Part shown: positions 1 to 9,502 of the stretch, one piece after another
How positions within the stretch are numbered: position 1 is the stretch's first letter
Layout of the letters: each line of letters opens with the position of its first letter
NCBI GenBank assembly: GCA_963669235.2
Contig: CAXXFS010000008.1
Span: forward strand, 266,945-298,944
DNA from: an uncultured Filomicrobium sp.
Lineage (GTDB): Bacteria > Pseudomonadota > Alphaproteobacteria > Rhizobiales > Hyphomicrobiaceae
Reading direction: 5' to 3'
DNA length: 32,000 bases
Program-made: the position numbers and the translations under genes
Notes under the pieces: generated by a model
What the model saw: the letters and a program-made list of their open reading frames with translations, nothing else
Database searches by the model: none
Told to the model about the DNA's origin: nothing

Positions 1-1603
1 TTTGCCGCCGCGTCCCGCGATGGGCATGCCGTGGAGGCCAGGCAGGCCACCTTGTGGGAGGCCGGCACCGCCGAGACCTGGCAGGAGCCCCCCCGGGGCG
101 TTACCGCCGAGGCCGGGAAGTGATGGAGATCTGGCAGCCGTTACCGGGCTGCCCGCGCCACCGGCGGCGGGGAGCTGATCGCGGAGTTCTGGCGGGAGTT
201 GTTCGAGGGCCTTGGGATCGAGGCTTGCCAGTTCCTGCTGCATGGAGGCCATCTCGGCTTCACTAGGAGCCGCGGCACCGCCCATCATCTTGCCCATCAT
301 GCCCCTCTTGCCCATGGCCTTCATCATGTCCGCCATTTGACGGTGCATCTTGAGGAGCTTGTTGATGTCCTGGACGCTCGTGCCGGAGCCAGCGGCAACG
401 CGGCGCTTCCGTTTGGCGTCGAGTATTTTGGGGGGCGCGGCGTTCCTTCGGCGTCATCGAAGAAATGATCGCACGTTGGCGCTTGAAGAGCTTCTCTCCG
501 GCGTCGAGGTCGCTGATCTGCGATTTCATTTTGCCCATGCCGGGCAGCATGCCCATCAAGCCCTGCATGCCGCCCATGCGCTCCATTTGCTTGATCTGTT
601 CGGAAAGGTCCTCCAGGTCAAAAGCGCCCTTGCGCATTTTCTGCGCGATTTTGGCGGCCTTTTCGGTGTCGATGGTCTGAGCGGCCTTCTCGACGAGGCT
701 GACGACGTCGCCCATGCCGAGAATGCGGCCAGCAATGCGTCCTGGGTGAAAATCCTCTAGTTCGTCCCACTTTTCCCCAACGCCCAGCAGCTTGATCGGC
801 TTCCCGGTCACAGCGCGCATGGACAGCGCGGCGCCGCCGCGTCCGTCACCGTCCGCCCGGGTCAGGACAATGCCGGTGATGCCGATGCGGCTGTCGAAAG
901 CCTTTGCGGTGTTGACGGCGTCCTGACCGGTGAGGCTGTCGGCCACGAGCAGAATTTCGTGCGGATTGGTGGCGGCCTTGACCTCGGCGACTTCGGCCAT
1001 CAGGCCTTCGTCGACGGTGACGCGACCGGCGGTGTCGAGCAGAACAACGTCGTATGCGCCGAGCTTGGCGGCTTCGATGGCGCGCTTGGCGATTTGAAGC
1101 GGCGACTGGCCGGCGACAATCGGCAAGGTGTCGATGCCGGTTTGTTCACCAAGGACGCGAAGCTGTTCCTGAGCGGCCGGGCGGCGCGTATCGAGGGAAG
1201 CCATTAGCGGCTTCTTTTTCTCCTTGGTCCTGAGCCGGTAGGCGATTTTGGCTGTCGAGGTCGTCTTACCTGAGCCTTGCAGGCCAACTATCAATACCGG
1301 CACCGGAGGAACCGCGTTTAGGTCAATCGGATCGGCGTCCGAACCTAGTATGGCAACGAGCTCGTCGTTGACGAGCTTCACGACCATCTGACCGGGCGTC
1401 ACCGACCGGAGTACCTCCTGGCCGATGGCTTTGGCCTTAACCTTGTCGACAAAGGACCTGACGACATCGAGTGCCACGTCCGCCTCAAGTAGGGCACGGC
1501 GGATTTCGCGCATGGCCTCGTTGACGTCGGTCTCGCTTAGAGCACCGCGTTTGGTGAGCTTGTCGAGGACGCCTGAGAGGCGGTCTGTTAGCGATTGGAA
1601 CAT
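1..1603 (-). CDS. ffh: Signal recognition particle protein Ffh (SRP54-type GTPase). The frame is interrupted by a 1-nt indel in a C6 run (G6 on + strand, 430-435), and the 3' end runs off the window.
   Basis: The ORF 263..1603 carries the N and G domains ([32 protein letters not shown]) and the Met-rich M domain ([16 protein letters not shown]). After ...[11 protein letters not shown] it becomes nonsense. The frame shifted by one base reads [51 protein letters not shown]..., the conserved Ffh C-terminus, and stays open to position 1. Confidence 0.9.
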
Positions 1604-2008
1604 GGTCTCTCGTCTGGTCTCTCGTTGCCGGAGTTCGCGTGGGCGCCCTGTCTCTACTAGGAGCGTCCAATGCTTCTTAATATGGGTCCGATCGCCCGGC
1701 CGTGAACGTCCAAACCCAAATGCATCCGCGGGCGAATCTCGCCGGCGGATGGTGACCCCGTTGCCTCAAAATCACTGAGTTGCCGTCTTTTCGGCGGAGG
1801 ATTCTGTGCAAAAGGGTGGCTCGTTGATACGGGCCTGGTCGTAGATAAGCGCCAGGTTTTCGATGATCGGGCGGCTGATGTCAACCGGCAACAGGTCACA
1901 GTTTCGCCGTCGCCGCGATGGACATAGGCAGGTAACGGCGCTAATCGCAACGGGAGGGGTTGGTGATTCTGCAAGACGTAGAGGGGCCCTACGTCGGCGC
2001 AATCACAG

Positions 2009-2527
2009 ATGGGGGAAGTCAAAAAGATGCTGAAGCGAGGTTTCGCCTGCTTGCTAATCCTGTCTAACGCGGTCGCTGTCGCCGGCTGCGGGGGTGGCGG
2101 AGGTTCACCATTCGGGGGTGCCTCTTCCAGTGAGCTGCTGTTCGTGAGCGCCGTTCCAACTTGGGACCTCGACAAAAACAGCTCGGTGACCTGCGATGAG
2201 TGGAAGAGCTATACAACTCAGCTGTTCACCGAAGCAGATGGCAATCAGGATGGAGCGTTGACGGCTAAAGAGTACGAGCGCGTGATCCGCTCGGACCGGC
2301 TATTCCAGAGCGCCACTCACAAATACTACGACGCAAACAGTGACGGAAAAGTCGTGGTCGCGGAAATGACCGGAAAGCCCAATCCGGCCTTCAAGATCTT
2401 GGACAGGAACAACGACTGCCAGATCGGCCCGAACGAAATGGTCCATACCCGGCAGATCCAGAAGCTCAAGAAGCCGGTCGATGACGGGCCTCCTGGCGGC
2501 GATCCGGGTGGTGGAATTGGCCGCTAA
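2009..2527 (+). CDS. Exported lipoprotein with four EF-hand calcium-binding loops. The start is more likely ATG 2027 (MLKRGFACLL...).
   Basis: Signal peptide with lipobox (AVAVAG|C). Four 12-residue canonical EF loops: DLDKNSSVTCDE, DGNQDGALTAKE, DANSDGKVVVAE, DRNNDCQIGPNE. A purine-rich GGGGAAG lies 8 nt before ATG 2027. Confidence 0.75.
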   Translation: MGEVKKMLKRGFACLLILSNAVAVAGCGGGGGSPFGGASSSELLFVSAVPTWDLDKNSSVTCDEWKSYTTQLFTEADGNQDGALTAKEYERVIRSDRLFQSATHKYYDANSDGKVVVAEMTGKPNPAFKILDRNNDCQIGPNEMVHTRQIQKLKKPVDDGPPGGDPGGGIGR

Positions 2528-2593
2528 AACCTGGCTAGTCAAATTAGGTTCAAATCTGCAGGTTTGCGATGCGCGCAATCCGGTAGAGCGAGC

Positions 2594-3748
2594 TCACTTT
2601 GGTGAAATGCGCAGGATTTTGCCATCGTCGTCGTCGGTGAGGACGTAGACAGCACCATCCGGACCCTCGCGGACGTCGCGGATGCGGTCTCCGAGTTCGG
2701 TGAGCAATGCTTCCTCATGGGATACCTTGCCGTCGTTCATAACGAGGCGAGAAAGCTGGGCGCCCGCCAATCCACCGACAAGGAAGTTGCCTTTCCAATC
2801 TGGCATAAGGTCTCCGTTATAGAGTGAGAGCCCGGACGTGGCGATCGAGGGGTCCCAATAATAGACCGGCTGTTCCATGCCGGGCTTGTTGGTGCCCTCC
2901 CCAATTTTGCCACCCGAGTAGTGGCGGCCGTAGCTGATGACGGGCCAACCGTAGTTGCTTCCCTTTTGCGGGTTGTTCAGTTCGTCGCCGCCTTGCGCGC
3001 CATGTTCGACCGTCCATAATTCTCCAGTTGCCGGGTCAACGACGGCGCCTTGGATATTGCGGTGGCCAATGGACCAGACTTCCGGGGCCCAACCGGGCAG
3101 ATCGGGGTTGCCGGGGGCGGGCTTGCCATTCCCGGTGATGCGCAGGACCTTGCCGATCGGCACGCTAGAATCCTGGGCCTTGTCGCTTTGATTGCCGCGA
3201 TCGCCGGTGGTTACGAACAGTGCCCCAGTCTTATCGAACACGAGGCGCGATCCAAAATGACGTCCCGAGCTGACGGCCGGGTTTTGCCGGTAGATGACGC
3301 CCACGTTCACAAGTGCGGCCGAGTCGCCATTTAGGACGAGCTGGCCGCGGCCGACAGCCGTCGCAGCCTTGCCGCCTCCGCGCGGTTCGGCGAAGGAGAA
3401 ATACAAAGTCCTCGTACTCGCGAAGTCCGGGGCCAAACGGATATCAAGCAGGCCTCCCTGCCCTTTCGCGTAGACTTTGGGGATGCCCGAGATCGGCTGC
3501 GACTTCTTGCCGTTCATTGTGACGATGCGCAAACGGCCAGGGCGCTCGGTGACGAGCATCCGGTCATCGGGCAGAAACTGCAGGGCCCATGGCTCGGCAA
3601 GTCCCGATGCGACCGTTTCGACCTTTATGTCGGAAGCCGGTGCGGCAGGCGCTTTGGTTATGGCCCAGCTGGCGACGGGGAGAAGGCCGAGCCCGACGGT
3701 CGCAATAATGGCTGTGGCGGAGGTCCATTTCAGGAGCTTTGTCGGCAT
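2594..3748 (-). CDS. PQQ-dependent sugar (glucose/sorbosone) dehydrogenase, soluble YliI/sGDH family, exported
   Basis: N-terminal signal peptide (ATVGLGLLPVASWA). Family-typical blocks: EPWALQFLPDDRMLVTERPGRLR, HRNIQGAVVDPATGELWTVEHGAQGGDELN, GSNYGWPVISYG. Confidence 0.85.
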   Translation of the reverse strand: MPTKLLKWTSATAIIATVGLGLLPVASWAITKAPAAPASDIKVETVASGLAEPWALQFLPDDRMLVTERPGRLRIVTMNGKKSQPISGIPKVYAKGQGGLLDIRLAPDFASTRTLYFSFAEPRGGGKAATAVGRGQLVLNGDSAALVNVGVIYRQNPAVSSGRHFGSRLVFDKTGALFVTTGDRGNQSDKAQDSSVPIGKVLRITGNGKPAPGNPDLPGWAPEVWSIGHRNIQGAVVDPATGELWTVEHGAQGGDELNNPQKGSNYGWPVISYGRHYSGGKIGEGTNKPGMEQPVYYWDPSIATSGLSLYNGDLMPDWKGNFLVGGLAGAQLSRLVMNDGKVSHEEALLTELGDRIRDVREGPDGAVYVLTDDDDGKILRISPK

Positions 3749-3927
3749 GCTGGATCGGCGTCCTTTTGTTCATGGAGTGTAACAACTGCGTTGGCATATA
3801 TGGCCTCTCAGGGCTTTATCGCCTGGGCGGCACTGTCAACCCTTCGTGATTGCGGTCGCAATCGCGGGCCGGTGGGGTTGGGCCTTGAAGTTGCGGTTGC
3901 CGCTCTACTCCTCCATATATCGGCCAC

Positions 3928-4767
3928 ATGAACACGTTGCCCGTTAGATTCCAGAAAATGAATGGTCTTGGAAACGAGATCTTGGTTGTGGACCTGCGCG
4001 GGTCGGCGAAGGTCTTCGGCAGTGATGAAGTCGTCGACATTGCGGGCCGGCCGGAGACGCATTTCGACCAGATGATGGTGCTGCACGATTCCAGAACGCC
4101 CGGCACTACGGCCTATATGCGCATTTACAATGCGGACGGGTCGGAGGTTTCGGCATGCGGTAATGGCACGAGGTGCGTGGCGCTCAGCCTGTCCGAGGCG
4201 ACGGGAACGCGTGATATGACGTTTGAAAGTGGCGCTGGGCTATTGACGGTGACCGTGGGTGGTGCAGATCGGATTACCGTTGACATGGGTTCGCCGAAGT
4301 TCGGTTGGGAGGACATTCCTCTTGCTGAAGAGTTCCGTGATACGCGAGCAATCGAACTGCAGATCGGGCCGATCGATAATCCACTGCTGCACTCTCCATC
4401 GGTCGTGAATGTCGGCAATCCGCATGCCATATTCTGGGTTGATGACGTTGACGCTCATGACCTGGGACGGTTCGGGCCGCTGTTGGAAAATCACCCGTTG
4501 TTCCCGGAGCGGGCGAACATTTCCCTGGCACAAGTCGTGTCACGGGACATGATCATCCTGAAGACTTGGGAGCGTGGTGCAGGCCTGACAAAGGCTTGCG
4601 GTTCGGCGGCGTGCGCTGCCGCGGTCTGTGGTGCACGTAAGAAGCTTGTCGATCGCACGGTGACAGTTGCAGTGCCGGGTGGGGAGCTTAGCATCGAATG
4701 GACGCCGCAGGGGCGGATACTGATGACTGGACCTGCCGCGTTTGAAAACGAAGGTGCGCTTCCGTGA
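3928..4767 (+). CDS. dapF: Diaminopimelate epimerase
   Basis: [13 protein letters not shown]-terminus and both catalytic Cys motifs (SACGNGTRC and KACGSAAC). Length 279 aa is typical. Confidence 0.92.
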   Translation: MNTLPVRFQKMNGLGNEILVVDLRGSAKVFGSDEVVDIAGRPETHFDQMMVLHDSRTPGTTAYMRIYNADGSEVSACGNGTRCVALSLSEATGTRDMTFESGAGLLTVTVGGADRITVDMGSPKFGWEDIPLAEEFRDTRAIELQIGPIDNPLLHSPSVVNVGNPHAIFWVDDVDAHDLGRFGPLLENHPLFPERANISLAQVVSRDMIILKTWERGAGLTKACGSAACAAAVCGARKKLVDRTVTVAVPGGELSIEWTPQGRILMTGPAAFENEGALP

Positions 4768-6050
4768 CCAAGACGAACGGTACTGTTTGCGAATCTTCGG
4801 CGGTGTCGATCATTACACTTGGCTGCCGCCTCAATACCTATGAGTCGGAGGTAATGCGGGGGCATGCCGACGCGGCCGGGCTTGAGGACGCAGTGATCAT
4901 CAACACTTGCGCGGTGACAGGTGAGGCGGTGCGGCAGGCCCTGCAAACGATACGCAGGGTACGGCGAGAGAGGCCTGAAACGAAGATCATTGTGACGGGT
5001 TGCGCGGCGCAGGTCGAGCCGGAGCGTTTTGCCGGTATCGACGCGGTCGATCATGTGATCGGCAACGACGAAAAGATGCGGGCGACGACGTTCCAGGCGC
5101 TAGCGATGGGCACGGTGGACCGGGTACGTGTCAACGACATCATGAGCGTTACCGAAACCGCTTCGCATATGATTGATGGATTCGGTACACGCGCGCGGGC
5201 TTACGTGCAGGTGCAGAACGGCTGTGACCATCGGTGTACGTTTTGCATTATCCCCTTCGGCAGGGGGCCGTCGCGGTCGGTGACTGCGGGCGAGATCGTC
5301 GCCGAGATTCGTAACCTCGTCGAGAATGGCTATCGCGAGGTCGTGCTGACGGGAGTCGACATCACATCCTATGGGAAAGATCTACCGGGGCAACCAACCC
5401 TCGGCAACTTGGTGCGGCGAATTCTGAAGCTGGTCCCTGAACTGGCAAGGCTGCGGCTGTCATCCATCGACCAGGTCGAGGTTGATGACGGGTTTTGGCG
5501 CGCTCTTGCCGAGGAGGAGCGGTTGATGCCGCATTTGCATTTGTCGATGCAGTCCGGCGACGACATGGTTTTGAAGCGCATGAAGCGGCGGCATTCGCGC
5601 AAGGATGCGATTTCTTTTTGTGAGAAGGCACGCAAGGCGCGGCCCGAAGTCGTCTTCGGAGCGGACCTCATCGCGGGCTTTCCCACCGAGACGGTGGAAA
5701 TGTTTGAGAATACGCTCGATATCGTCAAGGCTTGTGGATTGACCTATCTGCACGTGTTTCCGTTTTCCCCGCGACAGGGAACGCCTGCCGCGAAGATGCC
5801 GCAAGTGGATCGCAGAGCTGTAAAACAGCGTGCGCAGCTGCTTCGGGAGGAGGGTGAAGCTGCTTTGCGCGCCTTTCTCGATACGCAGACGGGGCGTGAG
5901 GCGGAGATCCTGTTGGAGCGCAGCCAATTTGGCCGCACAGAGCAGTTCGCTGAGACCAACGTTGATGTGGCGGGATCGGCCGGCGGGATGTTACGCGCGC
6001 GGATCACCGGCAATGATGGCCGGAGACTTCAAGCAGAGGTGGTCAGTTGA
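4764..6050 (+). CDS. mtaB: Radical-SAM methylthiotransferase, MtaB-like (tRNA t6A37 methylthiotransferase)
   Basis: MTTase N-domain cysteines (TLGCRLN, NTCAVT, TGCAAQ) and radical [11 protein letters not shown]. The GTG start overlaps the dapF stop (GTGA). The dapF-mtaB-ftsY order is typical of alphaproteobacteria. Confidence 0.8.
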   Translation: MTKTNGTVCESSAVSIITLGCRLNTYESEVMRGHADAAGLEDAVIINTCAVTGEAVRQALQTIRRVRRERPETKIIVTGCAAQVEPERFAGIDAVDHVIGNDEKMRATTFQALAMGTVDRVRVNDIMSVTETASHMIDGFGTRARAYVQVQNGCDHRCTFCIIPFGRGPSRSVTAGEIVAEIRNLVENGYREVVLTGVDITSYGKDLPGQPTLGNLVRRILKLVPELARLRLSSIDQVEVDDGFWRALAEEERLMPHLHLSMQSGDDMVLKRMKRRHSRKDAISFCEKARKARPEVVFGADLIAGFPTETVEMFENTLDIVKACGLTYLHVFPFSPRQGTPAAKMPQVDRRAVKQRAQLLREEGEAALRAFLDTQTGREAEILLERSQFGRTEQFAETNVDVAGSAGGMLRARITGNDGRRLQAEVVS

Positions 6051-7138
6051 GCCAATCGGTTAAGAAGGGCGGATTGTTCGGGCTTAGCTTGGGGCGCGCT
6101 CGTGAAACCGAGGCGGCTAAGCACAAGGACGCGGCACGTGTCGCAGCGGCTGACAACGCCCCTGTACCTGCAAACACGATCGAGTCCGCCGAAGGTGCTG
6201 GGCGCGGCGAAGCAAGTGAAGCCAAACAGGGTTGGTTCAGCCGTCTCAAATCCGGGCTGACGAAAACATCTTCGCGGATTTCAGATGGAATTACGGGGCT
6301 GTTCACCCAGCAGAAGCTCGATGAGGCGACGCTGGAGGAATTCGAGGATTTGCTGCTGCAGTCGGACCTTGGCGTCGAGACGGCATCGCGTATCACGGAG
6401 CGGATCTCCAAGGGGCGCTACGACAAGGGTATCCCCCCTCAGGAAGTGAAAAAGATCCTTGCCGAGGAAGTCGAGCGTGTCCTTCAACCCGTCGCCGCAA
6501 GCTTGCGGATCGAAGATCAGCACAAGCCGCACGTCATCTTGATGGTCGGTGTTAACGGAACAGGAAAGACGACGACGATCGGCAAGCTCGCGGCGCAGTA
6601 CATCGGTCAGGGGAAAAAGGTCATGGTAGCCGCGGGCGATACTTTCCGCGCCGCTGCAATTGATCAGCTCAAGGTCTGGGGGGAGCGGACCGGTGCAACC
6701 GTCATTGCTGGTGAAGTCGGGGCTGATGCGGCGGGTGTGGCATTTGACGCCTTGAAACAGGCCACCGCGGAACAATATGACGCGTTGCTGATTGATACGG
6801 CGGGGCGGCTGCAAAACAAGCGGGCGCTGATGGAGGAACTTGAGAAAGTCGTACGCGTGCTGGGGAAGATATGCCCGAGCGCGCCACATGATTGTGTTCT
6901 CGTTCTTGACGCGACAACGGGTCAGAACGCGATGCAGCAAGTTGAGGTCTTCCAGGAGAGGGCTGGTGTTAGCGGCTTGGTAATGACAAAACTGGATGGT
7001 ACAGCCCGCGGTGGCATTTTGGTCTCGATCGCGGCTCGCTATAAAATTCCGGTTTTTGCCGTTGGTGTTGGAGAGGGCGTCGATGATCTGCAGGCCTTCG
7101 ACGCGCGAGAGTTTGCGGTTGCGATCGCGGAAGCCTGA
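6047..7138 (+). CDS. ftsY: Signal recognition particle receptor FtsY
   Basis: NG domain motifs GVNGTGKTTTIGKLA, DTAGRLQNK, TKLDGTARGG. The acidic/Ala-rich N-terminal region is typical. The apparent TTG start overlaps the mtaB stop (TTGA). Confidence 0.9.
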   Translation: MSQSVKKGGLFGLSLGRARETEAAKHKDAARVAAADNAPVPANTIESAEGAGRGEASEAKQGWFSRLKSGLTKTSSRISDGITGLFTQQKLDEATLEEFEDLLLQSDLGVETASRITERISKGRYDKGIPPQEVKKILAEEVERVLQPVAASLRIEDQHKPHVILMVGVNGTGKTTTIGKLAAQYIGQGKKVMVAAGDTFRAAAIDQLKVWGERTGATVIAGEVGADAAGVAFDALKQATAEQYDALLIDTAGRLQNKRALMEELEKVVRVLGKICPSAPHDCVLVLDATTGQNAMQQVEVFQERAGVSGLVMTKLDGTARGGILVSIAARYKIPVFAVGVGEGVDDLQAFDAREFAVAIAEA

Positions 7139-7238
7139 AGCGGGGCTTGATTTCTTGGAAGTAGCCTAGAGAACTGGGGTGCTGCGCTCAATGTGCAGCA
7201 AAGCGGGTGCGGCCCGCAACAAAAGGATCTGTTTGAGA

Positions 7239-8060
7239 ATGAGCGAGCGCAAGAGCTTCTTCCCGTTCAACGCGAAGCAAACGGTCAATATTCTCAGTGA
7301 GTTCGGCCCCCTCGTTGCAATGTTCATCGTCAACGCCGCGGCGGGTATCAATGCCGGGACCTGGGCGCTCATCATTGCAACCGGGCTCGCGATGGTCGTT
7401 ATGCAGATCGTGTTGGGAAGGCTCCCAATGTTTCCGATTATCGCGTCGACCGTTACCGTGTTGTTCGGGATCCTGACGCTGGTGACCGGTGATCCAATGT
7501 GGATTCAGATCAAGGTAACAATATTCAATGTGATGTTTGCTCTATTTCTTTTTGGTGGACTGATTATAGGGAAGAATTTCTTCCAGCATATATTTGAGGG
7601 CACGTTTCATTATACAAAAGAAGGCTGGGATAAATTTACTTGGAGCTTTGCTTGGTTCTTCGTTCTCACGGCTATCCTCAATGAAGTTGTGCGGCAATAC
7701 TTCGAAAAGGATGGTATGTATCCGCCAATCGGCTCCTCGTTACATGATAGCCTCGGCTTCCAGATCGACGGCGTGAACGTTTGGATTCTGTTCAAGATTG
7801 CGTTCATCATGCCGCTCTCGGGGCTCTATGCGTGGTATCTAACGACATTGATGGCGAAGTACCGCGTTCCTGAAGGTGATGAGGGAGGGTCGGCGGCACC
7901 AAAGCCGAAGTCAGAGAATAGGCAAGATGGCGTGGCATATGCCGTCGCGGAGGGCGTGGCGGCCACTGCGAGTTCCGCCATCGGCAAGAGTTCCAAGGTT
8001 TCTGGCGGGATCGGTCCGGTTGCCAAGCTTGGCAACGCACCCTCGACGCCAACCTCCTAA
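7239..8060 (+). CDS. Intracellular septation protein A family (YciB/IspZ) paralog 1, with an internal insertion and a roughly 60-aa low-complexity C-terminal tail
   Basis: Aligns by eye with the downstream paralog (EFGPLVAMFIVN / ELGPLVVFFLVN; IQIKVTIFNVMFA / IKIKPTIVNLLFA; TKEGW / TEEGW). Multi-pass hydrophobic profile. I chose ATG 7239 (MSERKSFF) over the GTG 7179 given in the ORF track. Confidence 0.7.
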   Translation: MSERKSFFPFNAKQTVNILSEFGPLVAMFIVNAAAGINAGTWALIIATGLAMVVMQIVLGRLPMFPIIASTVTVLFGILTLVTGDPMWIQIKVTIFNVMFALFLFGGLIIGKNFFQHIFEGTFHYTKEGWDKFTWSFAWFFVLTAILNEVVRQYFEKDGMYPPIGSSLHDSLGFQIDGVNVWILFKIAFIMPLSGLYAWYLTTLMAKYRVPEGDEGGSAAPKPKSENRQDGVAYAVAEGVAATASSAIGKSSKVSGGIGPVAKLGNAPSTPTS

Positions 8061-8093
8061 GGGCAACGGCAGCGTTACAAGGCAACAAGTTCT

Positions 8094-8693
8094 ATGAGCG
8101 AACCTGGCGAGAAACCCACCACGGACAAGGTTCCGGAGGTTGAAATTGATGCTCGACAGATTGTGAAGTTTCTCGTCGAACTTGGGCCGCTGGTTGTGTT
8201 TTTCCTAGTTAATTCACAGGCTGGAATCTTTGTTGGAACCGCCTGGTTCATGGTGGCCACAGCCATTTCACTTTCGGTGTCGCGGGTCGTGCTGGGCCGC
8301 ATTCCTGTGATGCCTTTGATCTCTGGCGTCTGCATACTATTTTTTGGCGGACTCACGCTCTGGTTGCAGGATTCGACGTTTATCAAGATCAAGCCGACGA
8401 TCGTAAACTTGTTATTTGCCAGTGTTCTTTTTTCTGGCTTGGCCTTTGGGCAATCACTTTTGAAGTATGTCTTTGGAGAAACATTCAGTCTTACTGAAGA
8501 GGGGTGGCGAGTCCTGACAATTCGCTGGGGCCTCTTTTTCCTGTTTCTTGCCGCGCTGAATGAGATCGTCTGGAGGAACTTCTCAGAAGACTTCTGGGTG
8601 AGCTTCAAGCTATGGGGGCTGATGCCGATTACGATGGTGTTTGCAATGTCGCAAGTCAGTCTCCTGCAGCGCTATGAGAAGAACAAGAGCTGA
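8094..8693 (+). CDS. yciB: Intracellular septation protein A (YciB/IspZ) paralog 2, canonical length
   Basis: 199 aa, five predicted TM segments, family-typical LVELGPLVVFFLVN and KIKPTIVNLLFA blocks. The position after ftsY is typical for alphaproteobacteria. Confidence 0.8.
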   Translation: MSEPGEKPTTDKVPEVEIDARQIVKFLVELGPLVVFFLVNSQAGIFVGTAWFMVATAISLSVSRVVLGRIPVMPLISGVCILFFGGLTLWLQDSTFIKIKPTIVNLLFASVLFSGLAFGQSLLKYVFGETFSLTEEGWRVLTIRWGLFFLFLAALNEIVWRNFSEDFWVSFKLWGLMPITMVFAMSQVSLLQRYEKNKS

Positions 8694-8939
8694 ATCGTCG
8701 GCGTGCCAGGCGCGTGCTGAAAATTCGATCGAGCTGCCCGGAAGATTTGCATACTGATTTTGTGTTGATACTTCCGCAAATTAGTTGCCGCACAGACGGT
8801 CTTGCAACAAATCATCCGCCTGAAAGTAAGCAGTGGACGAAGCTGTCAATTTCGTATTTTCTATAATACGTCAGCTGTCCTTATCCCTGCGGGAGATGGA
8901 TTCCGATAATCATTTTAAGACATGTGATCCAACGAGCTG

Positions 8940-9479
8940 ATGACTACGAAAAACAAGTCGATATCAAAAACGAAGAACACAGATAAGGAGTCAAAGGTCG
9001 TGCAACTTGAACAGTCGCCGATACACCTACTGCACCGGGCAGGGCAGTGCGCCGGAGATGTTTTTCAGTCTGAAATGCGGACGGAAGATTTGACCCCGAG
9101 GCAATACGCGGTTCTGGTCGCGGTTGCCGAGAATGAAGGCCTCTCGCAGACAAACCTCGTTGAGATGACAGGCATCGATCGCTCGACGCTTGCTGACATC
9201 ATTCGGCGGATGCTGAAAAAGGGTCTGGTGCAGCGACGTCGCACCAAGGAGGATGCGCGCGCCTATGCGGTCAAGCTGACCGAGGAAGGCCGTCGTATCT
9301 TGCGCAGCGCGGAACCTATGGCGAGGCGTGTTGACGATCGTATTCTCCAGGCTTTACCAGCGGCTCAGCGGGACCGGTTTTTGACCGATCTCAATACAAT
9401 TGTCGATGCTCTTGGCAGGCTTGAAGAGGCTGTCGAGCAGCAACCACAGCCGAAGTCGGCAGCTCGCAAAAAGTCCTGA
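8940..9479 (+). CDS. MarR family transcriptional regulator
   Basis: Winged-helix core: LTPRQYAVLVAVAENEGLSQTNLVEMTGIDRSTLADIIRRMLKKGLVQRRRTKEDARAYAVKLTEEG. Confidence 0.85.
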   Translation: MTTKNKSISKTKNTDKESKVVQLEQSPIHLLHRAGQCAGDVFQSEMRTEDLTPRQYAVLVAVAENEGLSQTNLVEMTGIDRSTLADIIRRMLKKGLVQRRRTKEDARAYAVKLTEEGRRILRSAEPMARRVDDRILQALPAAQRDRFLTDLNTIVDALGRLEEAVEQQPQPKSAARKKS

Positions 9480-9502
9480 TCATTCATTTGGATTGTATTC
9501 GT

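Noticed and set aside
1604-1627. A tandem 12-nt duplication GGTCTCTCGTCT / GGTCTCTCGTTG directly abutting the ffh start codon.
   Set aside because: A 10-nt exact adjacent repeat is expected about once by chance in 32 kb when all short periods are allowed, and the sequence is low-complexity (TC-rich). It may just be the purine-rich SD region seen on the opposite strand.
2547-2556. A GGTTCAAATC string resembling a tRNA T-loop, between the two convergent genes.
   Set aside because: The flanking bases cannot form a T-stem (ATTAG versus CTGCA), and no acceptor or anticodon arms can be built. It is not a tRNA.
8841-8878. A direct repeat AGCTGTC (8841 and 8872) flanking a perfect TATAAT (8862-8867) upstream of marR; a possible autoregulatory operator or promoter.
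   Set aside because: No acceptable -35 element lies at 16-18 bp spacing, and the 7-mer repeat is within chance expectation. I kept it only as a note.
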